In this document: positions 11,931 to 25,988 of the stretch, piece by piece | Layout: each line of letters starts with the position of its first letter | Numbering within the stretch: position 1 is the stretch's first letter | Assembly: GCF_021028975.2 (NCBI RefSeq) | Contig: NC_059426.1 | Span: forward strand, 146,754,001-146,818,000 | Direction: 5' to 3' | DNA: 64,000 nt | From: Sphaerodactylus townsendi | Lineage: Eukaryota | Position numbers and translations under genes: made by a program | The notes under the pieces: generated by a model | The model's input: the letters and a program-made list of their open reading frames with translations, nothing else | The model's database searches: none | Told to the model about the DNA's origin: nothing

Positions 11931-14900
11931 ACTAGAATGTGAATTCATCTCTCCTTAAGCAGAGAGGAGTGAATTCAGACACATGGAAAGGAAAACAGAT
12001 CCTTAAATAATGATATAAACATACTATTGTGTGGCTATTCAGTATTATTTCTCAATCATCTATTGATTGAGTCAGCAGCTGTATATGAACTCAGTTTCCT
12101 CTTATAAATACATATCCTTCTAAGATACATACTAAGCAATTGAACATAATTTCTTGGACCTCTGAACAGGCCATGTTTCTTATTTAGTTCATTTTCCCTC
12201 TTCCAGCACCTTGCTTATGGGCACCACAACTGTACTGTTAAGAACAATTTCTTGCAATCAGATTTGTTTTAAAATTTAAAAGACATTTAATGTGCATATT
12301 CACAGATCAAGGCATAGTCATATTCATTGTCCCATTCACTGTTCTAATCGTCATTTTCCAGAATCAGATACAGATGGAAGAAATCACCATAGGGGTATCA
12401 CACATAACCAACCTTTCCCCCAAGCTAGCTTTATAACTATTCCATAATATTCTATGACACTGATTTGCCATCTTTTAACTTTCCCTCACGTTCAGACTGA
12501 AAATCAGGATCTCTAAAATAAACAGATATTTCCAAATCTCATGAAAGATTTCACACTCAATATTTTCATCCTAATTCATCAAATAAGCATTCCTTTTCTT
12601 ATAGGAAATGACAGCCTCTTATTCAAAGTTGTCAAGTTCTGATAAATATTTTATCTACTCTGTTGTACATTCAAGAAATTTAGTATTCGAAGATACTGGC
12701 AAAAAGAGACTTTTTTGTTAATCCAGTATAAGAATTTTTTTAACATTATGAACATATAAGCCTACCTATCACATTGCTTCTATTATTACAAGCATTACTG
12801 TGTGCCATCAAGTTGCAACCCATATGTCAACCCCTCTTGTGATTTTCAATGCAAGAGATGAATAGAGGTAGTTTACCACTGTCATCTCTGCAACCTTGGT
12901 CATCCTTGGTGGTGTGTCATCCAAGTAACAACCACAGTAAACCCTGCTTAGCTTTCAAACTCAGGCTACTCTGGGCTATTCAGCCTACTAGCTATCCCAT
13001 ATTTCACATACTAATCAAAAATATCCAGATGTTTATCTAATAGCCTCTAACAGCCATCACCTTTGGAAACTCAGTTCATTTTATCTTGTATTTATTTAAT
13101 ATTTCCAAGACTGTATTGATAGGAAATCACGATTGCAGATTTACCACAGGCTGTCTTTGCAGCTGCAGGGCACAGCACCGACCAGGAAATAAAGTTAGAG
13201 CAGCCGGGTCAGTATTCTCCCAGCTGCTTCTGTTCTACTTGCATGCTGCCCGGAGCTGGGCAAGCCTCACCCATAATATCTACTAGGTTTTGTGGGGTGG
13301 GCAGCCTCCAGGGGTAATGGAGAAACTGAAGCATGGTACAAAGCTGTTTGTGTCATGCCCAACCCCTCTTTTATTTAAGGCCCTGTATCCAGTCTTCTTT
13401 CAGCAGGCCTATTAAAGGAATCAGTTTCATTTATTTCTTTTTTCTCTCACCAGTGCTCCAAAGATCCCTCAATAAAGGCATTGAAACTTCCATTGAAACT
13501 GCCAGGATTTGGTTTTTGTTACAACAGATTAACATGTAAACTCCAGTAGAAGAGACTGAATGTTCAATCCAAAAGGGGGGTGGGTGGGTGGAGGAGAGCC
13601 GCATTGGAAGTGGAATGACTCCTACACCAGCATCATTGCCATCAGCACCATGCAAAGTGGCACAGAAGCAGGAGCAGAGGCCCTTACCTCAGCAGTGGGG
13701 TGCCCAAGGCTCCACCACACCCAAATCCAGAAGTTTGTCCCATGCCACCACATCTGCACTACTGGGGCCTGGGCTGGCTTGGATGGGGGCATTGCCAGAG
13801 GCAGAGCTCCCAGTGTAGTTTCAGTCATGGAATGTCCCTGTTTTTGCAGTGCAAACTTATGCCACCAAAAAGGGTGGCAAAAGCCAATCTCAAAAATGGG
13901 CTTCCCCGGGATAGAAAAGGATTTTCTCCTTCTCTGAGGGTGCCCGGGGTGCTGATTGTCTCTTTGGAGGTGGTGCCATGGCTCCACCTACCTGTTACTC
14001 TGCCACCACCATCCCTTGGGATTTGGCTGCCTGTAATAGATGGCATGAAGTGGTTAGGAATGCTGCTGGTTTGGCTGGTTTGAGCTCTTATGAGCGCCCT
14101 GCCACACTCTACAGAAAGGGGCAATTTGCCAGTATATGGACAGACAGGGTCTGACTTCAGACTCCCTAGGACTTCTGGGGACCTTCAATTTCACAGGTGA
14201 ATTAGATGTGGATTAATCACCCACCAATTCCGAACATACCTCGGATATGCAGGTATGTATGCTAACCTCTCAGCTTTCAGAAACTGCCCCCTGCTGCCCC
14301 CACTTCTTCACCCCCCTTTTTTTTCTCAGTTTCACTTTCCCTGCCACTTTCTTTCCTTTATCTATTTCTTCCTTTTCTCTGAAATATTTCTTTTGCTTTT
14401 GTAATTTCTTCTAAAAAATATAAAATTGTAAAAAAAGGAATGCCATTGCAATTTCTGAAGACAAACAGTGGTAATAAACTGTATATATTCATCATTAATA
14501 TTAATTTTAAATCCTGAAAGCCCAGCACACTAAATACAAATTGCTCTTCTGGCACACGTACATAGGACCTCCACAAACTTAATTAAGGATAATTGATCGT
14601 TGCAAATCAGCAAGTACAAACAAACAAACTGTATGCCACAAAATATCTTTGTTCTTTTATGGCAACTACAGATTAGATTTAATTACTACACTGAAAGTAC
14701 CCACTAGCATGCTAACATTATATGGCACTGCGTTATAATTGGTAGAAATAATGGAGACTTTGAGTTGGAACAAGTATGTTTTATCTCTGCATGTTCCTAG
14801 CTTTCTAAGCACGGTTGGAAATGAAACAATCTTCTAACCTCTAGCACAAGCTATTGTGTAAACCTGGAAGTAGGCAACATGCTGAATTTTGAAGTTTTAC

Positions 14901-15358
14901 ATTCTAGAGATACAGCTACCATTAAGGTGTTGTTCCAAGATCACTTCTCCAACTGTCTTGGGACCACACAGAACACAGAAAAAGAATTCTCCCAAATCAG
15001 TACTAACTCATCCTTTGCAGTCTCATTCTTGCCTCTCCTACCTACTCATCTGCAACATTATATGACTAGACAACTTCTTCTTAAGCAACCTCTCAGTCAA
15101 GCTTTAAGACTGTTGCATGGAGCTGACTCACAAAAGAGTTTTACAGTATAACTTCCCCATCTTAACTGTAACATTCCTTACTCCCATGTTTTCCTCTAAA
15201 ATTGTTCTGTGCTTCAAATCACGCTCCCAGGTTTGTTTGTTTTTAAGACTTCCATTAAAGATACTGGGATTCATTTGACTCAAATTAAAATCAAAGGGAG
15301 GAAAAGGAAATATTACAAATCAACTCTATTGGAAATGTTCAATAACCTCAATAACCAT

Positions 15359-16694
15359 CCCTGAAGATGGCCAATGTCACCCCAATCTTTAAGAAAGGAT
15401 CTGGGGGCGGGGCAGGAAATTACAGGTCAGTCAGTTTGACATCTGTTCTTGGTAAATTAGTAGAATCTATCATTAAATATAAAATTACAAAACATGTAGA
15501 AAAGCAAGACCTGCTGAGGAAGAGTCAGCTTGGCCTTTGCAGAGGCAAGTCCTGCCTTACAAACTTACTAGAGAGCGATGTAGGGAGTGGTGTCCCCCAA
15601 GGATCCGTTTTGGGACCAGTGCTCTTTAACCTATTCATAAATGACCTGGAAGTTGGGGGGCTAGCGTGGTGGCCAAGTTTGCGGATGATACCAAATTATG
15701 TAGGGTGGTGAGAACCACAAAGGACTGCGAAGAGCTCCAAGGGGATCTTTATAAATTAGGTGAGTTGGCTAAGAAATGGTAAATGCAATTCAATGCAGCA
15801 AAATGTAAAGTGATGCACATAGGGGCAAAAAATCCAAACTTCACATACATGCTATAGGGGTCAGTGCTATCAGTCACAGACCAGGAAAGGGATTTGGGCG
15901 TCTTAGTTTATAGTTCCATGGGAATGTCAACTCAATGCATGGCAGCTGTGAAAAAGGCAAACTCTATCCTGGGGATAATTAGGAAAGGAATTGATAATAA
16001 AACTGCAAAGATTGTCGTGCCCTTATACAAGGTGGCGCAACCGCACTTGGTGCAACCGCACTTGGAGTACTTTGTTCAGTTCTGGTCGCCACATCTCAAA
16101 AAGGATATCGAAGAGATAGAAAAAGTGCAGAGAAGGGCAACAAAGATGATTGAGGGACTGAAGCACCTTGCCTATGAGGAGAGGCTGCAGCGTTTGGGAC
16201 TCTTTAGTTTGGAGAGGAGACGTCTGAGGGGGGATATGATTGAAGTCTATAAAATTATGCATGGGGTAGAAAATGTCAACAGAGAATTTTTTCTTTCTTT
16301 CTCACAATACTAAAACCAGGGGACATACATTGAAAATGCTGAGGGGGAAGAATTAGGACTAATAAAAGGAAACATTTCCTTACGCAAGCCATGATTGGTG
16401 TTTGGAATATGCTGCCTCAGGAGGTGGTGATGGCCACTAACCTGGATAGCTTTAAAAAGGGAATGGACAGATTTATGGAGGAGAAGTCAATCTATGGCTA
16501 CCAATCTTGATCCTCCTTGAGCTGAGATTGCAAATGCCTTAGTAGTCCAGATGCTCGGGAGCAGCAGCAGCAGGCCATTGCTTTCACATCCTGCATGTGA
16601 GCTCCCAAAGGCATCTGGTGGGCCACTGCAAGTAGCAGAGTGCTGGGCTAGATGGACTCTGGTTTGATCCAGCAGACTTTTTCTTATGTTCTTA
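15359..16694 (+). mobile_element. CR1 LINE, 5'-truncated, with ORF2 reverse-transcriptase remnants
   Basis: Peptides ANVTPIFKKG, NYRSVSLTS, GVPQGSVLGPVLFNLFINDL, QPHLEYFVQFWSPHLKKD and RRLRGDMIEVYK; stops and frameshifts; an internal deletion near 15575; tail TTCTTATGTTCTT. Confidence 0.92.
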
Positions 16695-18349
16695 TTTTCC
16701 ACATTGATGGAAGGGAAGTGGTACTAATTATTTGAAGAAAGGATACATTAATGAAATTTCAGCGGATCTACTGTGTTTCATGGAAATTGATTTATGTAAA
16801 ATACTAGGACCTCAACTTTCTTCTCAGACCCAAGGAGGTTTACGTATGCAACATCACTGCAATAAAAATTCATACAACGAGCAACAATGGATCCCAGACA
16901 CACTTCCTATATACTTACTAGAATGATGTTTGTACCCTATACTATAAAACAAGTTCCTATGTTTCCATTACATTGAAATCATTGCCCTACTTAAAAAAAA
17001 AAACCAATATGGCTAAACTGGGATCTGGGGAGGGTTAGTTATGCATGAAAAAGAGACGGGGCACATTAACAGAGGACGGAGAGGTAACATGTAGGAACAA
17101 GAAATTAGAAGTGGTGAGAAACACAGGGAACAATACTGCATTCACTAAAGTATTCCGTTGATCAAACTGCAGTATAAGAGAAGTGGAAATCTTTTGTGTT
17201 TTAAAGCAACTGATGCAGCAGAGTTTTGTCATCCCAACAGGCTCAAAAATAACAGAAAGTTCTCAAAAAAGTTTTTTTTAAAGGGGATAACATTAATAGT
17301 ATGTTTTGCAGTGATGAAATAAGATTGTAAAATAATGTGTGAAAAATTGCTTTGAATGCTAAGAGCACTGCACAAATGTTAAGTATTATTTGGCCAGGTG
17401 TACGTAGGGAAATCTGGCAAATAAAAATGTTTATGATTTTCAAAAATCACCAATTTGTTGCATTACGGCAACTTTTAACGGCTTTCGTAATTGTTCTTAT
17501 TGTGTTTGTATGATGTTTTATTTTTATTGTAAGTTGCTTTGAGGATCACAAAGGAGACAGGGAGCTAACAAATGTTTTAGCTAGATAGATAAAATAAACA
17601 TGGTTGGTGTAGTAAGAAATGACTATATATTTAATTACAGGGGTCTGTGGTATAAGAATAATTCAATAGTTCAAATAGTTCAACAAATAAGTACTCTTCT
17701 CAATTTCATTTTTCCAAGTGAGCTTCAGCAAAAACAAAACAAAAAGTCTTCTCAGCCCCACCCACCCACCCCCCGCAAAAAAAAGCAGCTTTGCTGAGTT
17801 TTATTTGAAAAGCAACCCATGGAAGCCTCAGGGCTACACTGAACAACACAACAAAAGAATTCTAAGGCCCTCAGCAGATGTGAACAGATCACAGAACACT
17901 TGACACTATTGTGATGTCTTTGGATATTAAAAAGAATGAGGAAATCACTGTGTGTAAAGCAAGACTTTGACATTAAGGTCTCAGCAATGCCTTTGTTCCC
18001 TGTTAGCTTGGGAAATAATAGAAAGTTCATGTTCCACAAGTCAAAAGGAGATGTGCAAGTTTGTAAAAAGATTAAAGAGGAAGCAACAGTGCTTTTGGCT
18101 AGATCCTTACGAGACTGGGCACTTCTATTCCATTCACAGCAAAATCAAAAGCAGGACTCCCCTCTCCTAGCCACGCTAATGGCTCAACACATCAGACCCC
18201 TCATTTTATCTAACTAGAGCTTCTCCATGTCCAGGTCTTCATTCAGACAAGGCATGAGGAGAAAGAACATGACAGTAAACCAGAAAAGGCTGAGGAACCA
18301 ATAAAATCTGTTACTGAAACATATCACCAATAGAAATTATATGTTCCTC

Positions 18350-18600
18350 ACAAAAAGGAGGGATACCAAAATGGTAAAAGGTCTAGATTCCATGCTCTAT
18401 GAGGAGTGGTTTAGGGAGCCAGGTATGTTTAGTCTGAAGAAGAGAAGGTTAAGGGGTGACATGATCCCCATGTTTAAATATGTGAAGGAATGTTATGTTG
18501 AAGATGGAGGAAGCGTGTTTTCTGCTGTTCCAGAGACTGGGACAAGGAGTAATGTGTTCAAAGTGCAGGAAAAGAGTTTCCACCTAAACATCAGGAACAA
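18350..18600 (+). mobile_element. CR1 LINE fragment
   Basis: Peptide MVKGLDSMLYEEWFREPGMFSLKKRRLRGDM. Confidence 0.8.
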
Positions 18601-18614
18601 CAACCATTGATACT

Positions 18615-19380
18615 TGGGGTCCTTCTCCTCTGAGCAGAAGGAGGACATCTTGTGGGTGATTCCCATCATCCAACTGGAAATGGGAGTGGTGACGGCAACG
18701 ACCCACCAGCAGTGAGAGTGCTGGGAGCATTTTTCCTCTTCCTGTTGATGTGGAATTGCCCACTTCTCCTCAGTTAGGCACCTCCGAAAGTAATAACTTG
18801 TCTAAGTAAAATTAACAAAAACCATAACCATACTAACAATCATCAACTATAATTAAGGGAGCCAAAGGAGGCAAAATAGGAATATATGTCAATAGAGTTA
18901 CTAATATATGGGTTACCTGGCAGAGATTGATTAATGTGAGTAAAGGTGAAGGAAGAAAATAGGCAGAGGGATAGAAATTATGATGGAACATCTTGGGAGG
19001 GCAATATGTCTTCCTTCCACTCAGAGGAGAAGGACCCTATCACAAGTAAGTACCAATAGTCATCTTGTGATACTTCCAAGAGCAGTGTCTCTTATCTGGG
19101 TGGGTCATTGTCTAAAACGGCATGCTGTAAAAACTTTTGTCCAAAGGCTGTGACAGCCAAACTGTAGACCAATGTCTGATGAAAGTCAAAATGGATGACT
19201 GGATTGGGGCCCTGCAAATTTCTTATCTCGAAGCATGTTTGGATAGAACTGCATTGGCTGCTGCTCCTCACACCGAGTGAGCAGTAATCCACACAGGAGG
19301 TTGCATCTTCATGCAAGACTTGAGCCACCTGCTGATGGTGCTGCTAGAAACCAAGATGGAGCACCGAGCCTCTATCTTGT
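18615..19380 (-). mobile_element. DIRS-type tyrosine-recombinase retroelement remnant
   Basis: Minus frame ITAHSV*GAAANAVLSKHASR*EICRAPIQSSILTFIRH, then AFGQKFLQ, resembles the DIRS recombinase C-terminus (HSTR...ICRAATWSS..TF.RHY...FGRRVLQ). Inverted repeat GGGTCCTTCTCCTCTGAG (~18617) / CTCAGAGGAGAAGGACCC (~19020). Confidence 0.7.
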
Positions 19381-19716
19381 GCACCTGGTGGAGTTCACAG
19401 TATAATATAATAGCTTTCAAAGACTCTCTTTTAAAAAAAATATAGTTTGATTGTAACTTTCTACAAAGTTTTCTGAGAGTTGTCTATATTGGCTCATGAA
19501 GAACACAGACAGAAACTGAATAATCAGAACAACAATATTTTCACATAAACATTGACAACAGTCAAATAACTCAAGACTTCATGGCAAGTCTAAGGGTCCT
19601 TTCACACACTACAATTAGTGACATAGCTTGCAAAAAGTATGTTAAACTGCCAAGCAAAAGGACAGCTCACCCCACCCAATGAATTAAGAAATACTAGTTT
19701 TTGTTAATGCACTCAC

Positions 19717-19789
19717 CGATTCTTGTCTTTGGGGATCACCAAGTCTCCCAGTCAGCTCCTCCAACACCCTTTTTGTCTCTGTTTCAGTT
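19717..19789 (-). CDS. CEP128: CEP128 coding exon 6 (73 nt, TETETKRVLEELTGRLGDPQRQES)
   Basis: Matches human SDAETKRALEELTEKLNEAQKQEV. Acceptor ctccaAG, donor TCG|GTGAGT; phases 2/0 fit the neighbouring exons. Not represented in the ORF track. Confidence 0.92.
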
Positions 19790-20962
19790 CTTGGAGCAAG
19801 AACAGCTTTATTATGAAATCATACCAAATATTCACTATAATATTATTTCAGAACACAGTTTTTTCTGACAGAAGACATTCACATTACAGCATCATATCAG
19901 ATTAAAAAAATAAACAAGCACTGGTTTGGTCAACATTGCTAGCTCCTGGTTTTCATCTGCAGAACAAACAGTAATTAAAAACCAAGAAATATGGCTGTAT
20001 ATATATAGCTCCCTTATGAGGCACTCCAGAGCCCTATGAAGATGGCGCTTTTATGGGGAAAGAACATGCATGGTAGAAGGATGGGATCCGTTTGTATGCT
20101 GGATATCACAAAACCAGATCATGACTACATATGGCGGTATTGCATGTGCATAGGCCCACATTGAGATGTGATTTACGAATAGCATGAATTGGACTACACA
20201 TTCTAACATATACATGCATTGGCAATCATTCGAACACCATGTCCAATGGGCATGGAAGGCATGCTGGATGATCCCCCTCACTGAGCACTCATAGGCTCTC
20301 CCCATAATGGGTAATGTCTGCAGAAGATTATGAACCAGTCTTTAAACTGAGCTTTGCGCACCTTGCTGTGCAAAGGTAAAGATCTCATGCCAATACTGAC
20401 TGTAATAGCTCCCTTTCTTTGGTTTTTCCTGGCAGGCCCCTATTTGAACTTGTCCAACACAAAAACACCAGGAAAGGACAAGATGAGAATGGTCCCATAC
20501 GGCCATCGCTTATGGGTATTTCTCACAGAAGGGGGACCGTCTGCATAGGGTATATATAGGACATTCTTTCCATACAGTCCTGCTGAACCTATGTTCTAAT
20601 ATCAAAATGAAATCCTGCACTGCATTTCAAATGTGACAGCAAGCACAGTTTTTTCCTGAGATCATCCCTTTCGCTATGTCATCTCCCCTGGTTACTGACA
20701 ATCTGCTTCCCACCTGCTGTCATTAACTCAGCACTTAAACTAACTGAGGAGACAGGATTCATGGGGAAAATTTTATCCAGTTTGGGCTCCTCCCTCACCC
20801 ATCTGGATCAGAACCAGGGCCACCACCAGTTACTGGAATTTCCCAGTTTAACACTGGAAGAGACGGTCTCTGGTCTACCTCAGTGTCCATGGAACCATGA
20901 GAGGACTATCAAGCAATCCTATCTACCACAACCCCTCATGAGAAAATGTTCTCTGTTCATAC

Positions 20963-21054
20963 CGATTTCTTCGTGAAAGCTCTCTGCTGAGGTCTTCCTC
21001 CAAGCGAATCTGACCACTGCTAAGATCTCTGAGTGACTGGTGCAGAGAGTGTAA
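20963..21054 (-). CDS. CEP128: CEP128 coding exon 5 (92 nt, LHSLHQSLRDLSSGQIRLEEDLSRELSRRNR)
   Basis: Matches human LHGFHQSLRDLSSEQIRLGDDFNRELSRRSR. Acceptor ttacAG, donor CG|GTATGA. Confidence 0.95.
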
Positions 21055-22399
21055 CTGTAATGTGAACATATATAGGTTAAAAATTGGTGTTTTAAGCATG
21101 GCCATTTTCTTCAGCAACAGCTCACATGCAAATTGTTACACGCTACACGACTGTACAATGTTGCAAAGCTATGTAGACAAGAATAGCAAGACAGTGTGCA
21201 CCAGGTCTTCAGCTCCAGACTCCTTAATTAGATTTCAGAAATAATGGAAAACATGAAACCTGGTTTCTCTCCCCACCCACCACCTAATTTCATTTATAAC
21301 TGGACCCTCCCAGGCCAATCCTAAATGGATGCATTTCAGCACCTGTTCTGAAATACTTGCCTGCTTTTCTTATTTCTAAACTCTAAACTATCATATAACT
21401 TTTGCAACTCCACCTGTTTTTCTACTACTCTACCTTATCTTGAGAATGTCTTCTTGCGCCCCATAAGCATCTTAAGCTACTTCCACTTATTTCCATTAAC
21501 AAAATAATAAAAGATAAGCTAAGTCTGTACACTTTCTTTTTAACCTTTGGCCTTGTAAATATTATTACTGTGTTTACTCCTTTTTAATTTATGACATACC
21601 TGGGGGTGGGTGGGAGAACTAGTCTTGCATTTGGGTAAATATTTTATTAGATTGTAGACTTACACTCAAGGCAGAACAGTGTCAAATTTATTTTTGTACA
21701 ATGCTGAGGTATTTTAGGCTTTTCAGATGATTTTTTAAAAATGGCAGGATTTTAAACTACCACCAGCAGAGCACATGGATCTTTAGTGCCATCTACCCTT
21801 TTCATCACTCTTCTGTGCCTTTCAAAAAGCTACCCCCAACAAGAATAGCTGGGAATGTGCTCAACAGGTAAGCAAAACACCTAGAGGAATTTCCAGTTCT
21901 ACTGAAGTTCCCCCAACACATATGAGCTCTCTCACTAACCCCACATGAAGCTGCCTTACACTAAGGCAGATCACTGGACTGTCAAAGACAGCATCGTCCA
22001 CTCAGATTGACAGTGGCTCTCCAGGGTCTCAGAGACAGTTCTTTCACATCACCTGGTCCATCTAAGAAGAGATACTGGGGATAGAACCTAAGACCTTCTG
22101 CATGCAAAACAGACACTCTACCACTGAGTCATGGCCCTTTTAGGATAAGCTGGGTAGGGGGCAGAGAGGAAAAAGATCTGAAGAAAGAGAGGGAGTATTT
22201 TCCAACCCACCATTTACCATTCAAGAGGTTTTTTCTGAGTCAGGCAAGACTTGCTGCTTACTGCAGGCATAAATTTTTATCCCCTATTAAAGTTCTTTTG
22301 ATTTAATGCAAAAGAATTCAACTAAAAGCTTCAAGAAAATTTCTCACCTCTGGAATTTGCTCTACAGTAGTCAACATTGCCACCAAAGTTTAAACAATG

Positions 22400-22445
22400 A
22401 TTTTAAACAGTGGTTTTAAACAAGTGGTTTTAAACAGTGGTTTTA
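22400..22445. repeat. Short tandem repeat, unit about TTTTAAACAGTGG
   Basis: Three to four adjacent near-identical copies. Confidence 0.8.
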
Positions 22446-22947
22446 GGTAAACCTTAGTTGGGACTAAAATTAAAGAATCCTGGAACAGTCCGTTGACTAT
22501 TTACAGCATTATACAAAATACACAAAGGAATGAAGGCCTCTTAGAGGGCCAACGGAGTGCATGTACTCTCACTAAAAGATATCAGTCTAATTCTTCAAGA
22601 TCAAGATAAAAATAGAATCTCATGGTAAACTAGTGGAAAATTGCAAGCAGGATTTTAAACGCTATTGGTGTTTTCTTTTGTTTACCTTGAGCATATGTAC
22701 TAGAAGATTATACTTTTAAAACTAAATTAATTGTTCTTGACAATTCATACTCAAGCCAAACATACAGTGTCTTGACACAAATTCGCCTAGCTATATTTTC
22801 TTCCACCTAACAGTCTATATGAAGAAGTCCTCTTGAAGAGATGCACATCTCCAAAAGGCACCCAGACTTCACATGGAAATATCCCCCCAACAGGGAGACA
22901 GGGTGGAAGAGAAGACATACGAATGTATCACCGTAGAGAATTATTAC

Positions 22948-23054
22948 CTGGTCTACATGTGCGGCTTGGTCAACAAACCGGACTGCAGACCTTGACCTCT
23001 GACGTGGCATGCAGTAATCCCTGAGAGGAGAGGTAGGCTGGAATTGACGAGTTT
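22948..23054 (-). CDS. CEP128: CEP128 coding exon 4 (107 nt, ETRQFQPTSPLRDYCMPRQRSRSAVRFVDQAAHVDQ)
   Basis: Matches human ELHHFPPTSPLKDY...RSRTGVRFVQ. Acceptor ttttgtgaAG, donor CAG|GTAATA, phases 1/0. Confidence 0.93.
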
Positions 23055-24226
23055 CTTCACAAAATAAACACAAAAAGGTAAATCAGCATGACTTTTCCTT
23101 GAGCAATTTGTTTATGAACATTTTAAAGTGATACATATCAGCATGAATACCAATATAAATCTCTTAACCTTAAAAGGGCTGGGTTAGTTGCCACAGAAGT
23201 ATGGATGCCCCAAACAAAACCTAAATAGCACTTAAACAATAACTTTAATCAAAAGATGGGGAAACAATGAGTTCAGAGCTGGGAACTGGGAGAAAAAAAA
23301 TAGGAAAATATTCTCCAAATGTCTGCTTCAAGTTGAGCTAAAGACATGCACACACAAACAAAAGCGTACAAATAGTTAACAAATGAAACAAACACACCAG
23401 ATATCTCATTTGGCACCTTTGGTCATGTTACCTAACATATGCCCTCTATTCCAACACTACAAATCAGAAAACTGTTCAGTATATAATATGTAAATGTTGG
23501 CATTTTTTCCAATGGCTTCAAAATTTCTAGACATTTTACATCTGCCTACTTCCTTTGTATTGGCTAAGTGTCTGAGCACGAATTAAAGCTTGCTTCAGCT
23601 TCTGCCTCCCACCAGTAATACCACAAGGCTGTTTTAAGTATTATGGAGAAATATACTTAGGTAGATAGTGATTTGATTCCTACAAACATACTTCAGGCAA
23701 GTACCAAAACAAAGAAACACAAGGAAAGTAATTACAACAACGATGATTTAGCACAACAGGAGACCAAAGTATATAATGACAACATACAATAAACTAACAA
23801 ATAATGTCACAAATAGTTCCTTTTGCTTCTACCGTTGCCAGCTGACATACCAACTGTGGTAGTGTTACTACTGTCCAGTTCGTTTTTTATCCATCCTTCT
23901 ATCTAAGACGTATCCAGGGCAGATTACAATAAAATTATCTTTAAAAACCAATGCATGCTAACTACAACCAACAACAAATCCATTTACATTCCAATACTAA
24001 AAGAGGCTTAGAGACCGTAAAATGAAATAAAATACAATAAAAATTTCACGCAGGAAAATTACTTCAATGAATTTAAAACGGCATATCTGCTGAAGACAGT
24101 ACAGCCACTCCAATTTAACCACGAGGCTGCTGCAAGGTTAAAATGGGAAAAAATCCATGTACACTTCCCCAAGCTCCTTGAAGAAAGAGCAGGAGAGAAG
24201 ACCGAGAACGGTTCGCTGAAACGTAC

Positions 24227-24350
24227 CTGGAGCTCCACCATCCAAATCACTTGGATACAAGCTGGAAACAGATGCACTTCTTGCTCCAGAGTTTCTCAAT
24301 AATCGTTGATTCCTCAGTTGGCCTATAGACTGTTCCAGAGTTTCTTTAAG
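24227..24350 (-). CDS. CEP128: CEP128 coding exon 3 (124 nt, LKETLEQSIGQLRNQRLLRNSGARSASVSSLYPSDLDGGAP)
   Basis: Matches human LKESLEQSIDQLRSQRLLRNSGGRSISVTSL. Acceptor tgtAG, donor CAG|GTACGT, phases 0/1. Confidence 0.95.
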
Positions 24351-24643
24351 CTACATTAAAATGCAACAAAATGCATTATTCGGAGGCTAGAACAAAGTGA
24401 TGTATTCAAAGAACTATTATATAGTTCCATATATATATGTGCCATTTAACAGCCATGTGACACCTTTTGAATAGCATGGGGAACACTCATATCTGACTTT
24501 CAAAACTCCATGCAGTTGTCTAGATGGTATGATTTATTGATTAAAAACCTTAGCATCGTAATTTCTTCATCTTCTCTTCCTTGTACCGCATAGAATCAGG
24601 CCATTTAGTCCAACCCCCTGCTCAATGCAGGATCAGCCTAGAG

Positions 24644-24781
24644 CAGGAGTCTGCAACCTGCGGCTCTCCAGATGTTCATGGACTACAATTCCCACCAGCC
24701 CCTGCCAGAATGGCCAAGTGGCAGGGCTGATGGGAACTGTAGTCCATGAACACCTGGAAAGCCGCAGGTTGCAGACCCCTG
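24644..24781. mobile_element. Palindromic hAT MITE inside a CR1 3' fragment
   Basis: Nearly full-length inverted repeat; target duplication GCCTAGAG / GTCTAGAG. Confidence 0.85.
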
Positions 24782-25988
24782 GTCTAGAGTTGCTGCTTAA
24801 AGACTGCCAGAGAGGGGGAGTTCACCATCTCTCTAGGTAGCCGATTCTACTGTTGAACAACTCTGAATGTAAAAAATATTTTCCTAATATCCTGCTGGTG
24901 TTTTTCTGCCCATGATTTAAACCCATTATTGTGTGTCCTATCCTCTACTGCCAAGAAGAACAGCTCCCTGCCCTCCTCTAAGTGACAGAATGAAGCAAGA
25001 TGTAGACATTGAACCACTTAAAGGACACTTGTCCAGAACAACCAGGATTTTCTTTTAAGTGTTGGACCTACATTTTTTTAAAAAAATCTCAGAAATGCAT
25101 GTCTTTAGGACATAAGAACAGCCAACCTGAATCAGACCACAGCCCAAGAAGTCTAGTAGTCTATTCACACAATGGCCAACTGGGTGATTTGTCAAAAAAC
25201 TTATTTATAGTAATGTGTATGCACATGTGATTGCCTTAGACTGAGAATGTTCCTTTAGGCTTATAGCAGAACCTAACCCAGGAGCTTTTGGCACAGGAGT
25301 GAGAGGAGACACAAAAGAACCGTTTTCTTCCTTATTCTCAGACTATGATGAAGTTGGCACCAACATAGGAAGAGGGTCCTATTTATATGCCACATGAGTA
25401 CAGAATACTTGTGTCTTACCAACCAGCCATGGTACTGCTGTATGCTGAAGCCCCTCTCCTTAATTATTTCCACATTAGCAACTCCTGTGATTTTTTTTCC
25501 TACAAAAAATACACTGAAAGGTGTATCTTCCATAAGAAAAAAGTTTAAGAGAATACACTTCAATACATAAAAAGAAAGAAACGAGTAGTATTCCAAAGTC
25601 TGTGTTTGTTGGTCTCTCAACATAAAAAGACAAATAAGGGAATCTTGTCAGAGCAGAACAGGCAATTACTGTGAAGGCCAGTCAAACATCACTTTTCCCC
25701 ACCCAGCTTTAACCTAAGACACCATTCCAATCTTGGTATAAAACAGGACATTAAAACAGAAGCCTGACAAAGCATACATAGCACACTTTGCTCAGAACAG
25801 ATGTTAGCAAGAGGAAGTAAGGATGCAATCCAGCCCATGCAGTCTACAGCTTCCCCCCGTGTTTGAGCACCCAATGGAGAAAAGCTGACTAAAATGCCAA
25901 CCCTCTTCTGAAAAAAAACGTGGAAGTGGGCAGGAAACACACACAACTTTCTGCAGCTGCCCATTGTGAAACCACAGAATTTGCTCAC

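Noticed and set aside
13280-14170. Cluster of 100-127 aa ORFs
   Set aside because: No recognisable protein motif or splice pattern. Probably a decayed retroelement, but I cannot assign it.
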